A stretch of DNA of 60,232 nt, taken from positions 1 to 60,232 of the forward strand of contig JAYQON010000007.1 in assembly GCA_038144835.1 (NCBI GenBank), given 5' to 3'. A program made the position numbers and the translations under genes. The DNA comes from Bdellovibrionales bacterium (GTDB taxonomy: Bacteria > Bdellovibrionota > Bdellovibrionia > Bdellovibrionales > UBA1609). Shown one piece after another: positions 37,770-48,070 of the stretch (position 1 is the first letter of the stretch; every line of letters begins with the position of its first letter). Below the pieces are notes generated by a model. It did not search any database. It was not told the origin of the DNA and saw only the letters and a list, made by a program, of their open reading frames with translations.

Positions 37770-40700
37770 CTCTTACTGAGCCTGATGCTCTGAATAGTTG
37801 TTCCAACTTTTGACGATCTTCTTCTTTAATTAATAATTCTTTGTCATCCAAGCGCTGTAATTGCAGGAGAATTAATTCATCTGGTCGCTCGACCCTTACC
37901 TTGAAGCCTCTTATTTGGATTTTATTGCCAATTGGATTTTGCTGAGTGGCTTCGATAACTAGCGAGCCGTCGATTAAACCTGGCCGACGCTTGCCACCGA
38001 CGTGATCACCTTCACAGTCGTTTTCAATTTCTGACGTGATTGACCAGTGACTATAAGCCAGGCGTTTAGCTAATTCTAAGCCCGCAAAAGGACCAATTTC
38101 TATGGACTCACCGATAGTGCATTTTGCACTAGAGAGTGCAGCAAAATCTTGCTCAGACCTTTGAATTATTTTAACAGTAGGCTTTGAAAAGGTTTGCTTA
38201 CCCAAATTCATTTTCGAGCTCACATAACCTGCAACAGTGGGTGGCAATTTGTGAAGAGGCTTAAATTCATTACCTAAGATCGTTTCGCCATGGGCTCGGC
38301 TAAACTCTCTCCAGGCTCTACCATATCCACCGAAACTCCATTGGGGAATCATCACCGTCGGTCCATTTTTCCAAAGTTCTAAATAATTTCGGTAGCCGAT
38401 TGAAGAATCAGTCCAATAATTTTCAAAGGAAGCTTGAGCCTGGGATGTCCACCAGACGAATGCAGCAAGCTGCACTGCTGGGTGCCTTAAAACAGGTAGT
38501 GGCTGAGCCATGAGTAAGTGAACCAATGTGTCTGTGCGAACATCGAACCTATTTTGCCTATAGGATGATTTTGCTGAAGGGAATTCCGCTTTCACATTTG
38601 GGTTTGAGTGCTCAGCTGAATTCTCCATTGTTACCACAGAAACCTCAATCATCGTCAATGGTGGGCGTGCCTTTGACGTTTTGTCTAATTCATAATTCAC
38701 AATCAGAGAGTTCAAAAGTGGCAGCAAAGGAAACGAACTGCCGTGATATTTATCAGCTGACTGTTGACAGAGGAAACGAGTATCATTTCCAAAGTCCAAT
38801 CCTTCGATCAATTCAATCATAGTCCGTGTCTGCAAAGCCACTGTTTGTGGTATGAGCGACTCTAGCCAAGATATGTAGCTCTGAGGTTGCGCCACTCCTG
38901 CACGATAGAGGTTCGCCAATTTTTCTTTCATTGAGCAGTAACCATTTTTTTCTAAAACTTCTGATACGTCAGAAAGACCAATGAGATTAATCTCCGCTAA
39001 ACTTAAATTGGCGGACACAAAATCAAAGATTCGACGTACACGTCTTAGCCAATTGAGATCTTGCAGTACTTGTGAATAGTCTTCGTTAATTTTTCGTTCA
39101 GTAAAATTAGAAACAAACTGGACAAGCGCTCGCATATTTCGTCCGTCGCGCTTTAATGACGACAATGCCTGTAAAAGTTCGTCTCTCAGGTATTTAGGCA
39201 GATGCGGAAACGACTTATAGCCCTCCGGAATAGCCAACTTCAAGTCAGCAAGATTACGAAAAACCACTTCCTGCCGTATATCCTGAAAAATGACCTCAAC
39301 CCCTTTTATCTGACTCTTTCGTGAGGATGGAGCCCAGTAACTCTTGATCAGAAAGGGCAAGTCGAGGTCGAACTCTTCGATCTCCTGTGGCTTGGCCAAA
39401 CGAATAAATGGAATGGGAGTGACTTTGAATACCTTCTTTTCAGCTTTGGGCAAAAACACGATCTGACGACGAGTGAGATGCAATTGCATTGCTTTTGATG
39501 GTCTTTGGTCGGCGGGCACATTGGCCCAAACACTTGCATTATATATTTTTGCTATGACCTCCCGCTCATCGCTAGGATTGTCATTGCCACCTGGCTCTTC
39601 GTCATTGTCGGAAGCTTGAGGCGCTTGGTTGATGCTCTCAAGAGTTTGATGATTGCGGCTTCCAAATTCAACAAAGGGTTGTCGTGCATTAACAACGGTC
39701 TTACCGGTGAGGTCAAAAAGTGAAAATGCACTTCCGAAGCGTAGGTAGGGAGAGTGGCCTCCCGCCGTACCTTCATTTTTAAAGCCAACAGCGTATTGAA
39801 GAACTAATTTCGGATCGGCAAATTTAGCACTCATGCCTCTGATTTTTAAATAATACTCGCGTTCTTGATGTACTGCCCGACGGGCGGCATTGGCTAAAGC
39901 CCAAGTCACCAATTCGGGGTTGTAGATAGGAGCACGCAAAGACTCAACCGATCCACTGACCAGAGCCACTAGTTTGTCTGTTTTTTTATACCAAATCACC
40001 GGCTGCACATGATCTTGAAAGAGTTGTATTGCGAAAACATGATCTGGCCCAAGATTCAAGTCTGCATCGACAAACAAGGCCGTATATAATGATGTCGAAG
40101 CTACGCAATTACCTTTGTGCGGATAGTCCAACAAACCGCTAAGATGATTGTTATGCAGAAAGTAATTTTCTACATACGGGCTCAGGTACTTGCGCACACG
40201 ATCTATTCGCGATTCAAACGCGATATTTGAACTCTGCTCCCATATCTCGCGCACTCGTGCCACTAGCCCCGCGTAGATCCTTTTATATTTGTCAGCTTCG
40301 AGTTCAAAGCCAGAAGGTCCAAACCTAAGTAAGGCCTCAGTTTCAAGTAGTAAGTCACCCATGCCTAAGATAGAAGCCCGTCGAAGATAAAAATCATCTA
40401 ATCGTCGACGAGCTTTTTCACCAAGTCTTATGTGAAAATAAGCTTGAGTCATTAGTCGAGAGCGACCCGAACAAGACGGCAAGTTGTGGAACTGATTTGC
40501 AATTTCGACGTATTCATCAAGTTTCCCATCCTTAAGGGCTACAAATAGCGTGGGTCTCAGGTACAAGCCAGCTGGCAAAATAGCCAAATCACCCAATTCT
40601 CGCTTAGTTCCCTGCCAAGCCTTATCAGCGATCAAGTCAAAGCCCTTGTCTAAGAGGAGCTTTCGCACATTGGGTGAGTCGAATTTGGAGTGTAAAAATA

Positions 40701-40788
40701 GGCGACAGGGTTCCGCAAAAGCGGCTCTAGAGAGGACCAAAATCGTAAGACAAAAGATGCTATTCACCAAACCCGAAAACATTCGCAA
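37735..40788 (-). CDS. Large exported hypothetical protein with transglutaminase-like Cys/His motif
   Basis: 1017-aa ORF, signal peptide (AFA-E), KGNCVASTSLY...FQDHVQPV. Confidence 0.7.
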   Translation of the reverse strand: MRMFSGLVNSIFCLTILVLSRAAFAEPCRLFLHSKFDSPNVRKLLLDKGFDLIADKAWQGTKRELGDLAILPAGLYLRPTLFVALKDGKLDEYVEIANQFHNLPSCSGRSRLMTQAYFHIRLGEKARRRLDDFYLRRASILGMGDLLLETEALLRFGPSGFELEADKYKRIYAGLVARVREIWEQSSNIAFESRIDRVRKYLSPYVENYFLHNNHLSGLLDYPHKGNCVASTSLYTALFVDADLNLGPDHVFAIQLFQDHVQPVIWYKKTDKLVALVSGSVESLRAPIYNPELVTWALANAARRAVHQEREYYLKIRGMSAKFADPKLVLQYAVGFKNEGTAGGHSPYLRFGSAFSLFDLTGKTVVNARQPFVEFGSRNHQTLESINQAPQASDNDEEPGGNDNPSDEREVIAKIYNASVWANVPADQRPSKAMQLHLTRRQIVFLPKAEKKVFKVTPIPFIRLAKPQEIEEFDLDLPFLIKSYWAPSSRKSQIKGVEVIFQDIRQEVVFRNLADLKLAIPEGYKSFPHLPKYLRDELLQALSSLKRDGRNMRALVQFVSNFTERKINEDYSQVLQDLNWLRRVRRIFDFVSANLSLAEINLIGLSDVSEVLEKNGYCSMKEKLANLYRAGVAQPQSYISWLESLIPQTVALQTRTMIELIEGLDFGNDTRFLCQQSADKYHGSSFPLLPLLNSLIVNYELDKTSKARPPLTMIEVSVVTMENSAEHSNPNVKAEFPSAKSSYRQNRFDVRTDTLVHLLMAQPLPVLRHPAVQLAAFVWWTSQAQASFENYWTDSSIGYRNYLELWKNGPTVMIPQWSFGGYGRAWREFSRAHGETILGNEFKPLHKLPPTVAGYVSSKMNLGKQTFSKPTVKIIQRSEQDFAALSSAKCTIGESIEIGPFAGLELAKRLAYSHWSITSEIENDCEGDHVGGKRRPGLIDGSLVIEATQQNPIGNKIQIRGFKVRVERPDELILLQLQRLDDKELLIKEEDRQKLEQLFRASGSVRVIKSNGANKKQ

Positions 40789-40832
40789 TAACTCCTCAAA
40801 ACTATACCATTCGACTTTAGCAATCGATATGC

Positions 40833-40848
40833 AGCAATCTATGTGCCT
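40833..40848 (-). promoter_or_regulatory. sigma54 promoter
   Basis: Minus strand AGGCACATAGATTGCT (GG-N10-GC), 44 nt upstream of the start; GAGGAG RBS downstream. Confidence 0.7.
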
Positions 40849-40965
40849 AATAGAGTGACCGAGTCTCGCTAAAGGTCGCGCCCCAAAGCCCGCTTAAAGG
40901 CAAGACGAGATAAAAACCACAATCTTTTTTTGAATCCCTTACTGAACAATGTTTTGCTTAAAAAT

Positions 40966-41778
40966 ATGAGCAGAAAAATTTTTCTTCTAAGCTTAATCTT
41001 TTGGGGTCTGATCCCTTGGCTTGCAAATGCCAATACGGCTATGCGTTTTGGCCATAATCTTTCTGCCACTTCCTCGGTATTACGTTCCGGCGAGTGTACC
41101 TTTGGTTTGCAACTCATCGGTTGCGGCTTGAATGATCGGCTCACCCTAGGTACGAGCACTTGGATGCTTCAAGGTTATAAACTGGCCAATGTTGGATTAC
41201 GCCATATTTTTAAAAAAGATGACCAAGGAAATGTCTGGGCTGCCGAAATTGCTTACTTTAAAAACTACGGAAAAATATCAAATCGTGAGTACTCAAAACG
41301 CCCTTATGAAATGGAAGCGTGGTGGCTGCGTTGGATACGCACGTATCAAGTTACCCCACACTATCGTCTCCACCTCAATCTTCACACCAATTATTATGCC
41401 GATGATGAAATGCCATTTTCTTTGCGTAGGCCGATCCCTAATCGCAACAATGGGCAAATTAACGTAAGCACCCTGCATGAAGTTGAGCTCTTGGATCGTT
41501 GGTTTTTATCCTCTGAGATGGGATTTTTAGACCTTGTTCAACCCGCCCAATATATCCATGTAGGGACAGCCATAGGACGCACGGGAGAAAATTATCACTG
41601 GCATATTGGCTATTCGATGAGCGCAACCATTAGGTCACTTTTTGCACCCACCAAAAGAGCCGACTATCAGCAAGAATTACGGGAAACAACTCAAGGCTAC
41701 AATACCGATATGAATCGCGACAAAGCTAGACGCGACTACAGTATACATCCCGAATTTGCTCTACAGTATTTCTTTTAA
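40966..41778 (+). CDS. Exported hypothetical protein, probable outer-membrane beta-barrel
   Basis: Signal peptide (ANA-N), aromatic-rich strands, terminal LQYFF. Confidence 0.65.
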   Translation: MSRKIFLLSLIFWGLIPWLANANTAMRFGHNLSATSSVLRSGECTFGLQLIGCGLNDRLTLGTSTWMLQGYKLANVGLRHIFKKDDQGNVWAAEIAYFKNYGKISNREYSKRPYEMEAWWLRWIRTYQVTPHYRLHLNLHTNYYADDEMPFSLRRPIPNRNNGQINVSTLHEVELLDRWFLSSEMGFLDLVQPAQYIHVGTAIGRTGENYHWHIGYSMSATIRSLFAPTKRADYQQELRETTQGYNTDMNRDKARRDYSIHPEFALQYFF

Positions 41779-42276
41779 TTATTCGCGCACCAAATGGATT
41801 AGTGTGCGTACCGTTTGTTTAACAACTTCCAGATCAAATGGCTTTTTTATATAATCATCGGCGCCCACAGCAAAACCGCGCTTGATATCTGAATCGGTCG
41901 TCCGTGCGCTTAGAAAAATAAGTGGAATTTCTTTGAGGTCGCTTTGACCTTTCATCATTTCCGCCAGCTCAAATCCGTTGACCCATGGCAAGCCCACATC
42001 AAGCATAATTAAATCTAGGGCATTGCCATCAAGTACATTTGAGAGCTGGGTGCCATCGGCTACAGCCAGCACCCGATACCCTTCTCCCTTCAGCATACGC
42101 TCGAGAGCAGCACGAATAGTTTCATCATCTTCAATTAATAAAATTGTAGGTGGAACTTGGCGCTCCTTGAGTTTACGAATATCACCAAGATTGACAATAT
42201 CCCTCTTCGCCATTCGCTCCTTGGTCAATTTTTCGATCTTTTGCACCAGATCCTTGGTGTTGATCTTGCGACTCAC
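41779..42276 (-). CDS. Single-domain response regulator with N-terminal helical extension
   Basis: LLIEDD, MLDVGLP, LSA, KKPF; GTG start 1 nt after the trxB stop. Confidence 0.88.
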   Translation of the reverse strand: MSRKINTKDLVQKIEKLTKERMAKRDIVNLGDIRKLKERQVPPTILLIEDDETIRAALERMLKGEGYRVLAVADGTQLSNVLDGNALDLIMLDVGLPWVNGFELAEMMKGQSDLKEIPLIFLSARTTDSDIKRGFAVGADDYIKKPFDLEVVKQTVRTLIHLVRE

Positions 42277-42277
42277 G

Positions 42278-43216
42278 TCACTTATGACCTTGATTTTCCA
42301 ACCAGCGTTCAGCATCAATCGCAGCCATGCAGCCAGTGCCTGCGGCTGTGATTGCCTGGCGATAATGCGGATCTTGTACATCTCCAGCCGCAAATACTCC
42401 CTCAACTGAGGTGTATGTACTTTTGGGCTTGGTATTCAAGTAGCCAACTTCATTCATTTCCAAAACGCCTTTGAAAAGATCCGTGTTAGGCTTATGCCCT
42501 ATCGCAATAAAGACGCCATCAAGATCTAAACTACGTTCCTCACTTGTTTGTAGATTTCTCAAACGAACACCCTGGACGGTTTTTTCGCCCAAAACATCAG
42601 CCAGTTCGGTATTCCAAATGACTTCAATTTTTGGATGATTGAGCACCCGTTCCGCCATAATTTTTGAGGCCCTAAATTCACCCCGACGATGAATGACGTA
42701 GACCTTATTCGCAAAGCGTGTAAGGAAGACTGACTCTTCCATTGCGGTATCGCCACCACCAACAACACATACAGTTTGGTTTTTAAAAAAGGCCCCATCA
42801 CAAGTGGCACAAGCGGATACCCCCCGCCCCAAAAGTCGACGCTCATTTTCAAGTCCTAAATACTTGGCGGAAGCCCCTGTGCTAATGATCACGGAATGTG
42901 CATGAAACAGATCTTTGTCGACCCAGACCTTAAACGGTCGTTGACTGAAATCAACTTTAGTCACGTTCTTGGTTATGAAGCGGGTTCCAAAACGCTCCGC
43001 CTGCTGACGGGTCACGCCCATAAGCTCGGGCCCCTGAATACCATGAGCAAATCCCGGATAGTTTTCAACTTCCGATGTAGTCATTAACTGACCACCGGCC
43101 TCATAGCCTTCGATCATAAGAGGTTGCAGATTGGCTCGGGCTGCATAAATCGCAGCTGTCAGGCCAGCCGGCCCCGAACCGATTATTATAACGTTTTCTA
43201 TTTTTTCTGAATTCAT
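42278..43216 (-). CDS. trxB: Thioredoxin-disulfide reductase
   Basis: GSGPAG, CATCDG, GGGDTAMEE, AAGDV...QAITAAG. Confidence 0.97.
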   Translation of the reverse strand: MNSEKIENVIIIGSGPAGLTAAIYAARANLQPLMIEGYEAGGQLMTTSEVENYPGFAHGIQGPELMGVTRQQAERFGTRFITKNVTKVDFSQRPFKVWVDKDLFHAHSVIISTGASAKYLGLENERRLLGRGVSACATCDGAFFKNQTVCVVGGGDTAMEESVFLTRFANKVYVIHRRGEFRASKIMAERVLNHPKIEVIWNTELADVLGEKTVQGVRLRNLQTSEERSLDLDGVFIAIGHKPNTDLFKGVLEMNEVGYLNTKPKSTYTSVEGVFAAGDVQDPHYRQAITAAGTGCMAAIDAERWLENQGHK

Positions 43217-43229
43217 GCGCGCAAGCTTA

Positions 43230-43871
43230 TCAGGCTGGGTGCCTTTGGTACACCCTATGACCGCCTTTGTCAGGACCCAAAGCCCATTCCCATAGGTCCT
43301 CGGCCACTTGCTCTGGAGCCCAAACCCCCACAGACCGAACTGCAGCATTTCGCGGCAGCAAGGTCGTGTCCATATAGCCCGGAGAAAAAAGTCGGAGATC
43401 CCATTCTGGGTTTTCCAATCGCAACGAACTATGCAGACCATGCAAGGCATGCTTAGCCGAGGCGTAACTAGCCGCACCGGGATCCCCATGGCTTTCCGCA
43501 ACCGAGCTGCCCGTCAAAATAATCTGGCAAGACCTGCCCGTCGCCATCAAGGCATGCACAACTCGGGCGGGAAATAGAAATGTCACTTGCCAAGCCCACA
43601 AGTGGTCCTTGAATTCCCTCTGCCCATAGGGACCGAAAGGACCTCCTCCAACCGTAATAAAAACTCGTTCGACTGGGTGGCTGAGCAAATTTTCAAGAAC
43701 CGCACATTGACCTTCTTCATTAGAAAAATCAGCCAAATGATAAGTAACCCGATCGTAGGCTGGACCGGCTTTGCGCGCAAAACCCCGCACGTCTGACCCA
43801 GCCATAGCTGCGACTTTTGCTAAACAAGAACCTAACCCCCGACTCGCGCCTAAAATCGCCACTTTTTGCAT
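43230..43871 (-). CDS. Short-chain dehydrogenase/reductase
   Basis: GASRGLG, GSS, YASAK (YxxxK), SPGYMDT. Confidence 0.88.
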   Translation of the reverse strand: MQKVAILGASRGLGSCLAKVAAMAGSDVRGFARKAGPAYDRVTYHLADFSNEEGQCAVLENLLSHPVERVFITVGGGPFGPYGQREFKDHLWAWQVTFLFPARVVHALMATGRSCQIILTGSSVAESHGDPGAASYASAKHALHGLHSSLRLENPEWDLRLFSPGYMDTTLLPRNAAVRSVGVWAPEQVAEDLWEWALGPDKGGHRVYQRHPA

Positions 43872-43916
43872 TTGCCCAATTTGCCTAAGAGTGCAAATCG
43901 CTGCAATATGATTCCT

Positions 43917-44204
43917 ATGCCCTTGATTCGTTTCGTAAAAGCTTACCCAGAAATTCAAGTTGAACGCGGGGCCTTGCTTATGCCCAGCTTGCTTCAGGCA
44001 GGACTTCCAGTGGCAAGTTCTTGCAACGGGGATGGAGTCTGTGCCAAGTGCCGCGTCAATGTCGTCGAAGGCTCTGAAAATCTTTCCTCACCAAACATAA
44101 TCGAGCAAGGATTGCGGGACCGTTTGAAAATACCCAAGGAACAACGGATTTCTTGCCAAACGCAGGTCCTCGGCGACATTCGTATAGACACTAGCTATTG
44201 GTAG
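43917..44204 (+). CDS. 2Fe-2S ferredoxin
   Basis: CNGDGVCAKC...RISCQ. Confidence 0.92.
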   Translation: MPLIRFVKAYPEIQVERGALLMPSLLQAGLPVASSCNGDGVCAKCRVNVVEGSENLSSPNIIEQGLRDRLKIPKEQRISCQTQVLGDIRIDTSYW

Positions 44205-44218
44205 GCACGCCCTTTGCG
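44203..44218 (+). promoter_or_regulatory. sigma54 promoter
   Basis: AGGCACGCCCTTTGCG (GG-N10-GC), then AAGGAGG RBS and ATG 44247. Confidence 0.72.
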
Positions 44219-44246
44219 AAGTTCCTCCAGCTTTTAAGGAGGACCC

Positions 44247-45653
44247 ATGTTATCTTTGAATCGCTACGTTTTAAGTCCGGTTTTAGTGTCCGGATTCTTT
44301 AGTTTTGGACTCGCTTCTTGCAGCCCAGAAAATAAAAAATTCTCTCAAGATGTATTTAAAGTTCCCTCTCCAAAAATTGTCCGGGCTTCTGGAGAAATCA
44401 GTGACGTGCGGAGTTTGGACTTGGCCGAGAAAAGAAATTTAGATCTCCATGACTCTATTGATTTCGGCGCGGGCGCCCCATCAAAAATCGAAGTCATCTC
44501 TAGATGCCGCACTGCTGGCGAAGAATATAGAAGTCGTCCGAAATTTCGTGTTCACAAAATATTTCTGATGCAACTACTTCCCCCCGAAATACTTGCCGTT
44601 GACTTGATGCAGACTCCTTCTGAATGCAGTATTGAGTTCGCCATTTACAACGCCAGCGGCTCAAATCACATTTTTAAAATTCTAAATGTCAATCTCACCG
44701 ACAGCCAGCCAGCACAAGTCCGCGTAGAACGAGAAAACATGGGCTCTCCAACCAGACCTTCGCGGATTGTATTTGGAGACTTAAAAGACATTCGCATTCG
44801 CTGGACAAATCAAGAACCCTCAGTGGCTCAGATCATTTGCCAAGATCTGTTTTACAGAGCTAGGCCCTTTTCAGAGGTTATGAACATTGCAGATTTTGAT
44901 CTACGCTTTCATGAACTTTACTCACGCCGACCAATTGGAACCTTAGAGCGCCACCCGATTCAAAAGTGCCGATTGGTTATACGACAAAATTCGAAACCCG
45001 TGGCCATTAGCCCACTTTTTGAACTGTTATTACCTCGTCAACCACTACAAATTACTAGTGACATGCCGCTGAACACTTCGGCGCCAAAAGAAACTGCCAA
45101 AACAACGAAAGCCACGGACGACTTTTTTCAAAAACGAAGCTCTATCGTTTTCGCTCAGTTCAAAATTTACAATCCAGAGCCCGCGCGCCGATGGATCAGA
45201 ATCAGCAAAAAAGCAGCCAAGCTAAATGTGGAAGTTTTTTTGACTGCGCACCGACGCGAATGGCTCACGATTCCATATTCTTTGAATTGGTATCACCTCT
45301 CGACGGCGGATCAACAGCCAACGACCGAAGACAAGGATTCGTCCACATATTTAATTGAACCGCACGCCTCTCTCACCGTAAATGCCACCTTGATGCCCAA
45401 AGCTAAATATGTGTGTTTCGTACGTGTTAGCCCTTACTTCCATGCGGCAGGAATACGTATTCATGCTCCTCAGATAAGCCCCGAAATCGCCGAAATCGAC
45501 ATGAGCAAAAATACCATTGAAAGGCTCTCGCTCAACTTTACTGCCCCGTTGACGATCAGCAAATACGGGGAGGTGCATGGAAACTCGGAATTATGGCTCA
45601 AAAAATCTGCCCTGCAGAACGTGACTCCTAGTTTTCCCTGCGAGTGGCACTAA
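44247..45653 (+). CDS. Hypothetical beta-rich lipoprotein
   Basis: Lipobox LASC; strong RBS; several Cys. Confidence 0.75.
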   Translation: MLSLNRYVLSPVLVSGFFSFGLASCSPENKKFSQDVFKVPSPKIVRASGEISDVRSLDLAEKRNLDLHDSIDFGAGAPSKIEVISRCRTAGEEYRSRPKFRVHKIFLMQLLPPEILAVDLMQTPSECSIEFAIYNASGSNHIFKILNVNLTDSQPAQVRVERENMGSPTRPSRIVFGDLKDIRIRWTNQEPSVAQIICQDLFYRARPFSEVMNIADFDLRFHELYSRRPIGTLERHPIQKCRLVIRQNSKPVAISPLFELLLPRQPLQITSDMPLNTSAPKETAKTTKATDDFFQKRSSIVFAQFKIYNPEPARRWIRISKKAAKLNVEVFLTAHRREWLTIPYSLNWYHLSTADQQPTTEDKDSSTYLIEPHASLTVNATLMPKAKYVCFVRVSPYFHAAGIRIHAPQISPEIAEIDMSKNTIERLSLNFTAPLTISKYGEVHGNSELWLKKSALQNVTPSFPCEWH

Positions 45654-46345
45654 GTGCGCTCAAGAAGAGCATAGCCAATTTTCAAACCCTGACGCATAAA
45701 AATACTTTCAAACTGGGTTACAAAATTAGTCGATGCAAACTCTGAGGTATGCAGGTCAAAAGTATGGCCTGCAATCCTGTAAGGGCTTCTTTTAAAGCGT
45801 TCTAAAGCCCATTCAAAATAGTCGCGACTATCAGTTTTGAAAATCAAATGTGAGCCAGGACGCTGGACCTCAAACAGTTGCATCAGAAATGCATCCTGAA
45901 TCAAACGATGTTTGTGCTGGCGCAACTTTTCCCACGGATCGGGAAAAAATATGAAAACGTCATTGAGCTCACCAGGCTCGAAAAGCTGCGAGACTAAGTA
46001 CGCATTGTAGCGAGCCATGCGTGCATTTTCCATCCCCACTCGGCGAACCCGTCGAATGGATTGGATCAACGGCTTATATTTGAGCTCAATGCCGAGCAGG
46101 CAGCGATTAGGATGATCGACCGCTCTGTGGGCAAAATGAAGTCCATTGCCCGTGCCAATCTCCAAATCCAAAGGCGTTTCTTTTGAAACAGCAAAAACTC
46201 GATCACGCCAATGACCTTTTTGCAAAGGTGCACGCTCTTCATCAAATGTCCACGATGCGTACTCGCCCTGCAGAGCCAATATGTACTCATTAGGAAAAGG
46301 AATGCTGGCGGTCTTCGAAACTCGTAATTGATTGCTTCTTGACAT
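45650..46345 (-). CDS. trmB: tRNA (guanine-N7)-methyltransferase
   Basis: LEIGTGNG, FPDPWEK...HRL, KTD...Y, TQFE. Confidence 0.95.
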   Translation of the reverse strand: MSRSNQLRVSKTASIPFPNEYILALQGEYASWTFDEERAPLQKGHWRDRVFAVSKETPLDLEIGTGNGLHFAHRAVDHPNRCLLGIELKYKPLIQSIRRVRRVGMENARMARYNAYLVSQLFEPGELNDVFIFFPDPWEKLRQHKHRLIQDAFLMQLFEVQRPGSHLIFKTDSRDYFEWALERFKRSPYRIAGHTFDLHTSEFASTNFVTQFESIFMRQGLKIGYALLERT

Positions 46346-46420
46346 AGGTGGTCGTGGATACCACAGATTGCCCATGCCTGTCATTTTTGAGATGAAAAGA
46401 ATGATCATTGGAGGTCATCC

Positions 46421-48070
46421 GTGAGTATTAACTTCCGTGTTTTCGCGGCCTTAGTATTTTTCATTTACTTGCCTGTTTTAGCGATTCCCGTTGAAGGTCA
46501 TAAAATTTTGATCTCCGCCCCCAATCGCCATGCGGTGGAAGTCGGCCGCAACATCGCTGCTCGTGGGGGCAACGTGGTTGATGTCGCCGTGGCCATTGGA
46601 ATATCTTTGAGCGTAACGGCACCTTATTATGCAGCTCTTGGCGGCGGTGGCTTCGCTCTGGTGAAGATGAATGACGTCGTAGACGCCCTTGATTTCCGTG
46701 AAACCGCACCTAAGGCAACCTCTCGCGGTTACTACCTGAACCTGCCCAAAGACTCTTCTCAAAATGGTGGACATGCGGTAGCAGTTCCCGGATTTCCGGC
46801 AGGCCTTTGGGAGCTCCACAAAAAATATGGCAAACTAAAGTGGTCGCAACTTTTTGATGATTCCCTCACCCTAGGCCGCAAAGGCTTTCCAGTATCAGGA
46901 GAATGGACCACCAAAACATCTAGCGTACGCGAGTTTTTCAATACGCACGGTCAAAATCTTTTTTTTAAACAGGGAGGAGCCGCTTACAAGCCCGGTGAAC
47001 TATTTATTCAACCAGGATTGGTGAAGGCCCTGATAGAATTCAAAACAAAAAACGTAAAAGGTTTTTATGAGGGCCCTGTTGCTCGCGATATTGTGGAGTC
47101 CGTTCAAGAAAGTGGAGGCAAATTAGATCTCGAGGATTTAAAAAGCTATAAAGTGCGCTGGTTGTCGCCACTGACAACGAATTATGAGGGACACAAGCTT
47201 TACTTAATGCCTCCACCAAGTTCTGGAGGCGTTGTTATTCTTTCTGCTCTTAGACTCATTGAGGATCTCAAGGTTAAAAATAAGCCGGCACTTTCCGCGG
47301 AGGAGCTCCATCTTTTGGCCGAAATTCATGCTCGTGCGTTTCGCGGCAGAGCTTTGCTGGGGGACCCAGACTTTCATCGCAATCCACTCAAATTTTTGAC
47401 TTCAGATAAATATTTGAGCCAACTCGGTCAATCTGTTGAAAGTAAAAAAGCAACAGCTTTAGCGCCGCTAAGCTTGATTGATGTAAAAGAGAGCTCAGAA
47501 ACAACGCATTTTTCAGTGCTCGATAATGAGGGGCATGCTGTTTCATTAACTGTAACTTTAAACGGCAATTACGGTTCAGGTGTGGTGAGCAGACGCTTTG
47601 GGATCGCTTTAAATAATGAAATGGACGACTTTACCACTCGCCCCGGTGAGCCGAATATGTATGGCCTCATTCAAGGTGAAGGCAATGAAGTTCAGCCCGG
47701 CAAACGACCTTTGAGCAGCATGAGCCCAACCCTCGTGGAAAAACATGGAAAAATCATTATGGCTATTGGAGCTCCCGGTGGTCCTCGCATCATTAGTGGA
47801 GTTTTGCAGGTACTTTACCGCTTTTTGGGGCGAGGTATGGATATAGATATGGCTATTCAGGCCCCGCGCATTCACCATCAATTTCAACCCAATATTCTCT
47901 ACGTCGACCGTCAACGTCTTTCTCCCGAAGTCACTCAAGCCCTAAAAAAATTTGGCCACAATATAGAGGAAGGTTGGATGGCTAAGGTTTATGGAGTGCG
48001 CCTGCGGCCAGATGGAATTTTAGAAGCTGCCTACGATTCTCGCGGTGAAGGTGCGGCTGGAGGCATTTAA
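46421..48070 (+). CDS. ggt: Gamma-glutamyltransferase
   Basis: GGNVVD, LDFRETAP, ETTHFSV, NNEMDDF, PGKRPLSSMSP, GAPGGPRI. Confidence 0.96.
   Translation: MSINFRVFAALVFFIYLPVLAIPVEGHKILISAPNRHAVEVGRNIAARGGNVVDVAVAIGISLSVTAPYYAALGGGGFALVKMNDVVDALDFRETAPKATSRGYYLNLPKDSSQNGGHAVAVPGFPAGLWELHKKYGKLKWSQLFDDSLTLGRKGFPVSGEWTTKTSSVREFFNTHGQNLFFKQGGAAYKPGELFIQPGLVKALIEFKTKNVKGFYEGPVARDIVESVQESGGKLDLEDLKSYKVRWLSPLTTNYEGHKLYLMPPPSSGGVVILSALRLIEDLKVKNKPALSAEELHLLAEIHARAFRGRALLGDPDFHRNPLKFLTSDKYLSQLGQSVESKKATALAPLSLIDVKESSETTHFSVLDNEGHAVSLTVTLNGNYGSGVVSRRFGIALNNEMDDFTTRPGEPNMYGLIQGEGNEVQPGKRPLSSMSPTLVEKHGKIIMAIGAPGGPRIISGVLQVLYRFLGRGMDIDMAIQAPRIHHQFQPNILYVDRQRLSPEVTQALKKFGHNIEEGWMAKVYGVRLRPDGILEAAYDSRGEGAAGGI

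Noticed and set aside
34650-40900. AT-richer block as a mobile element or genomic island
   Set aside because: No integrase, transposase, tRNA or flanking direct repeats were seen.
42278-43501. Long N-terminal extensions in the ORF track (trxB, response regulator, lipA, rplM, trmB, SDR, ferredoxin, E2)
   Set aside because: They overlap neighbouring genes or promoters; downstream starts match family N-termini and RBS positions.
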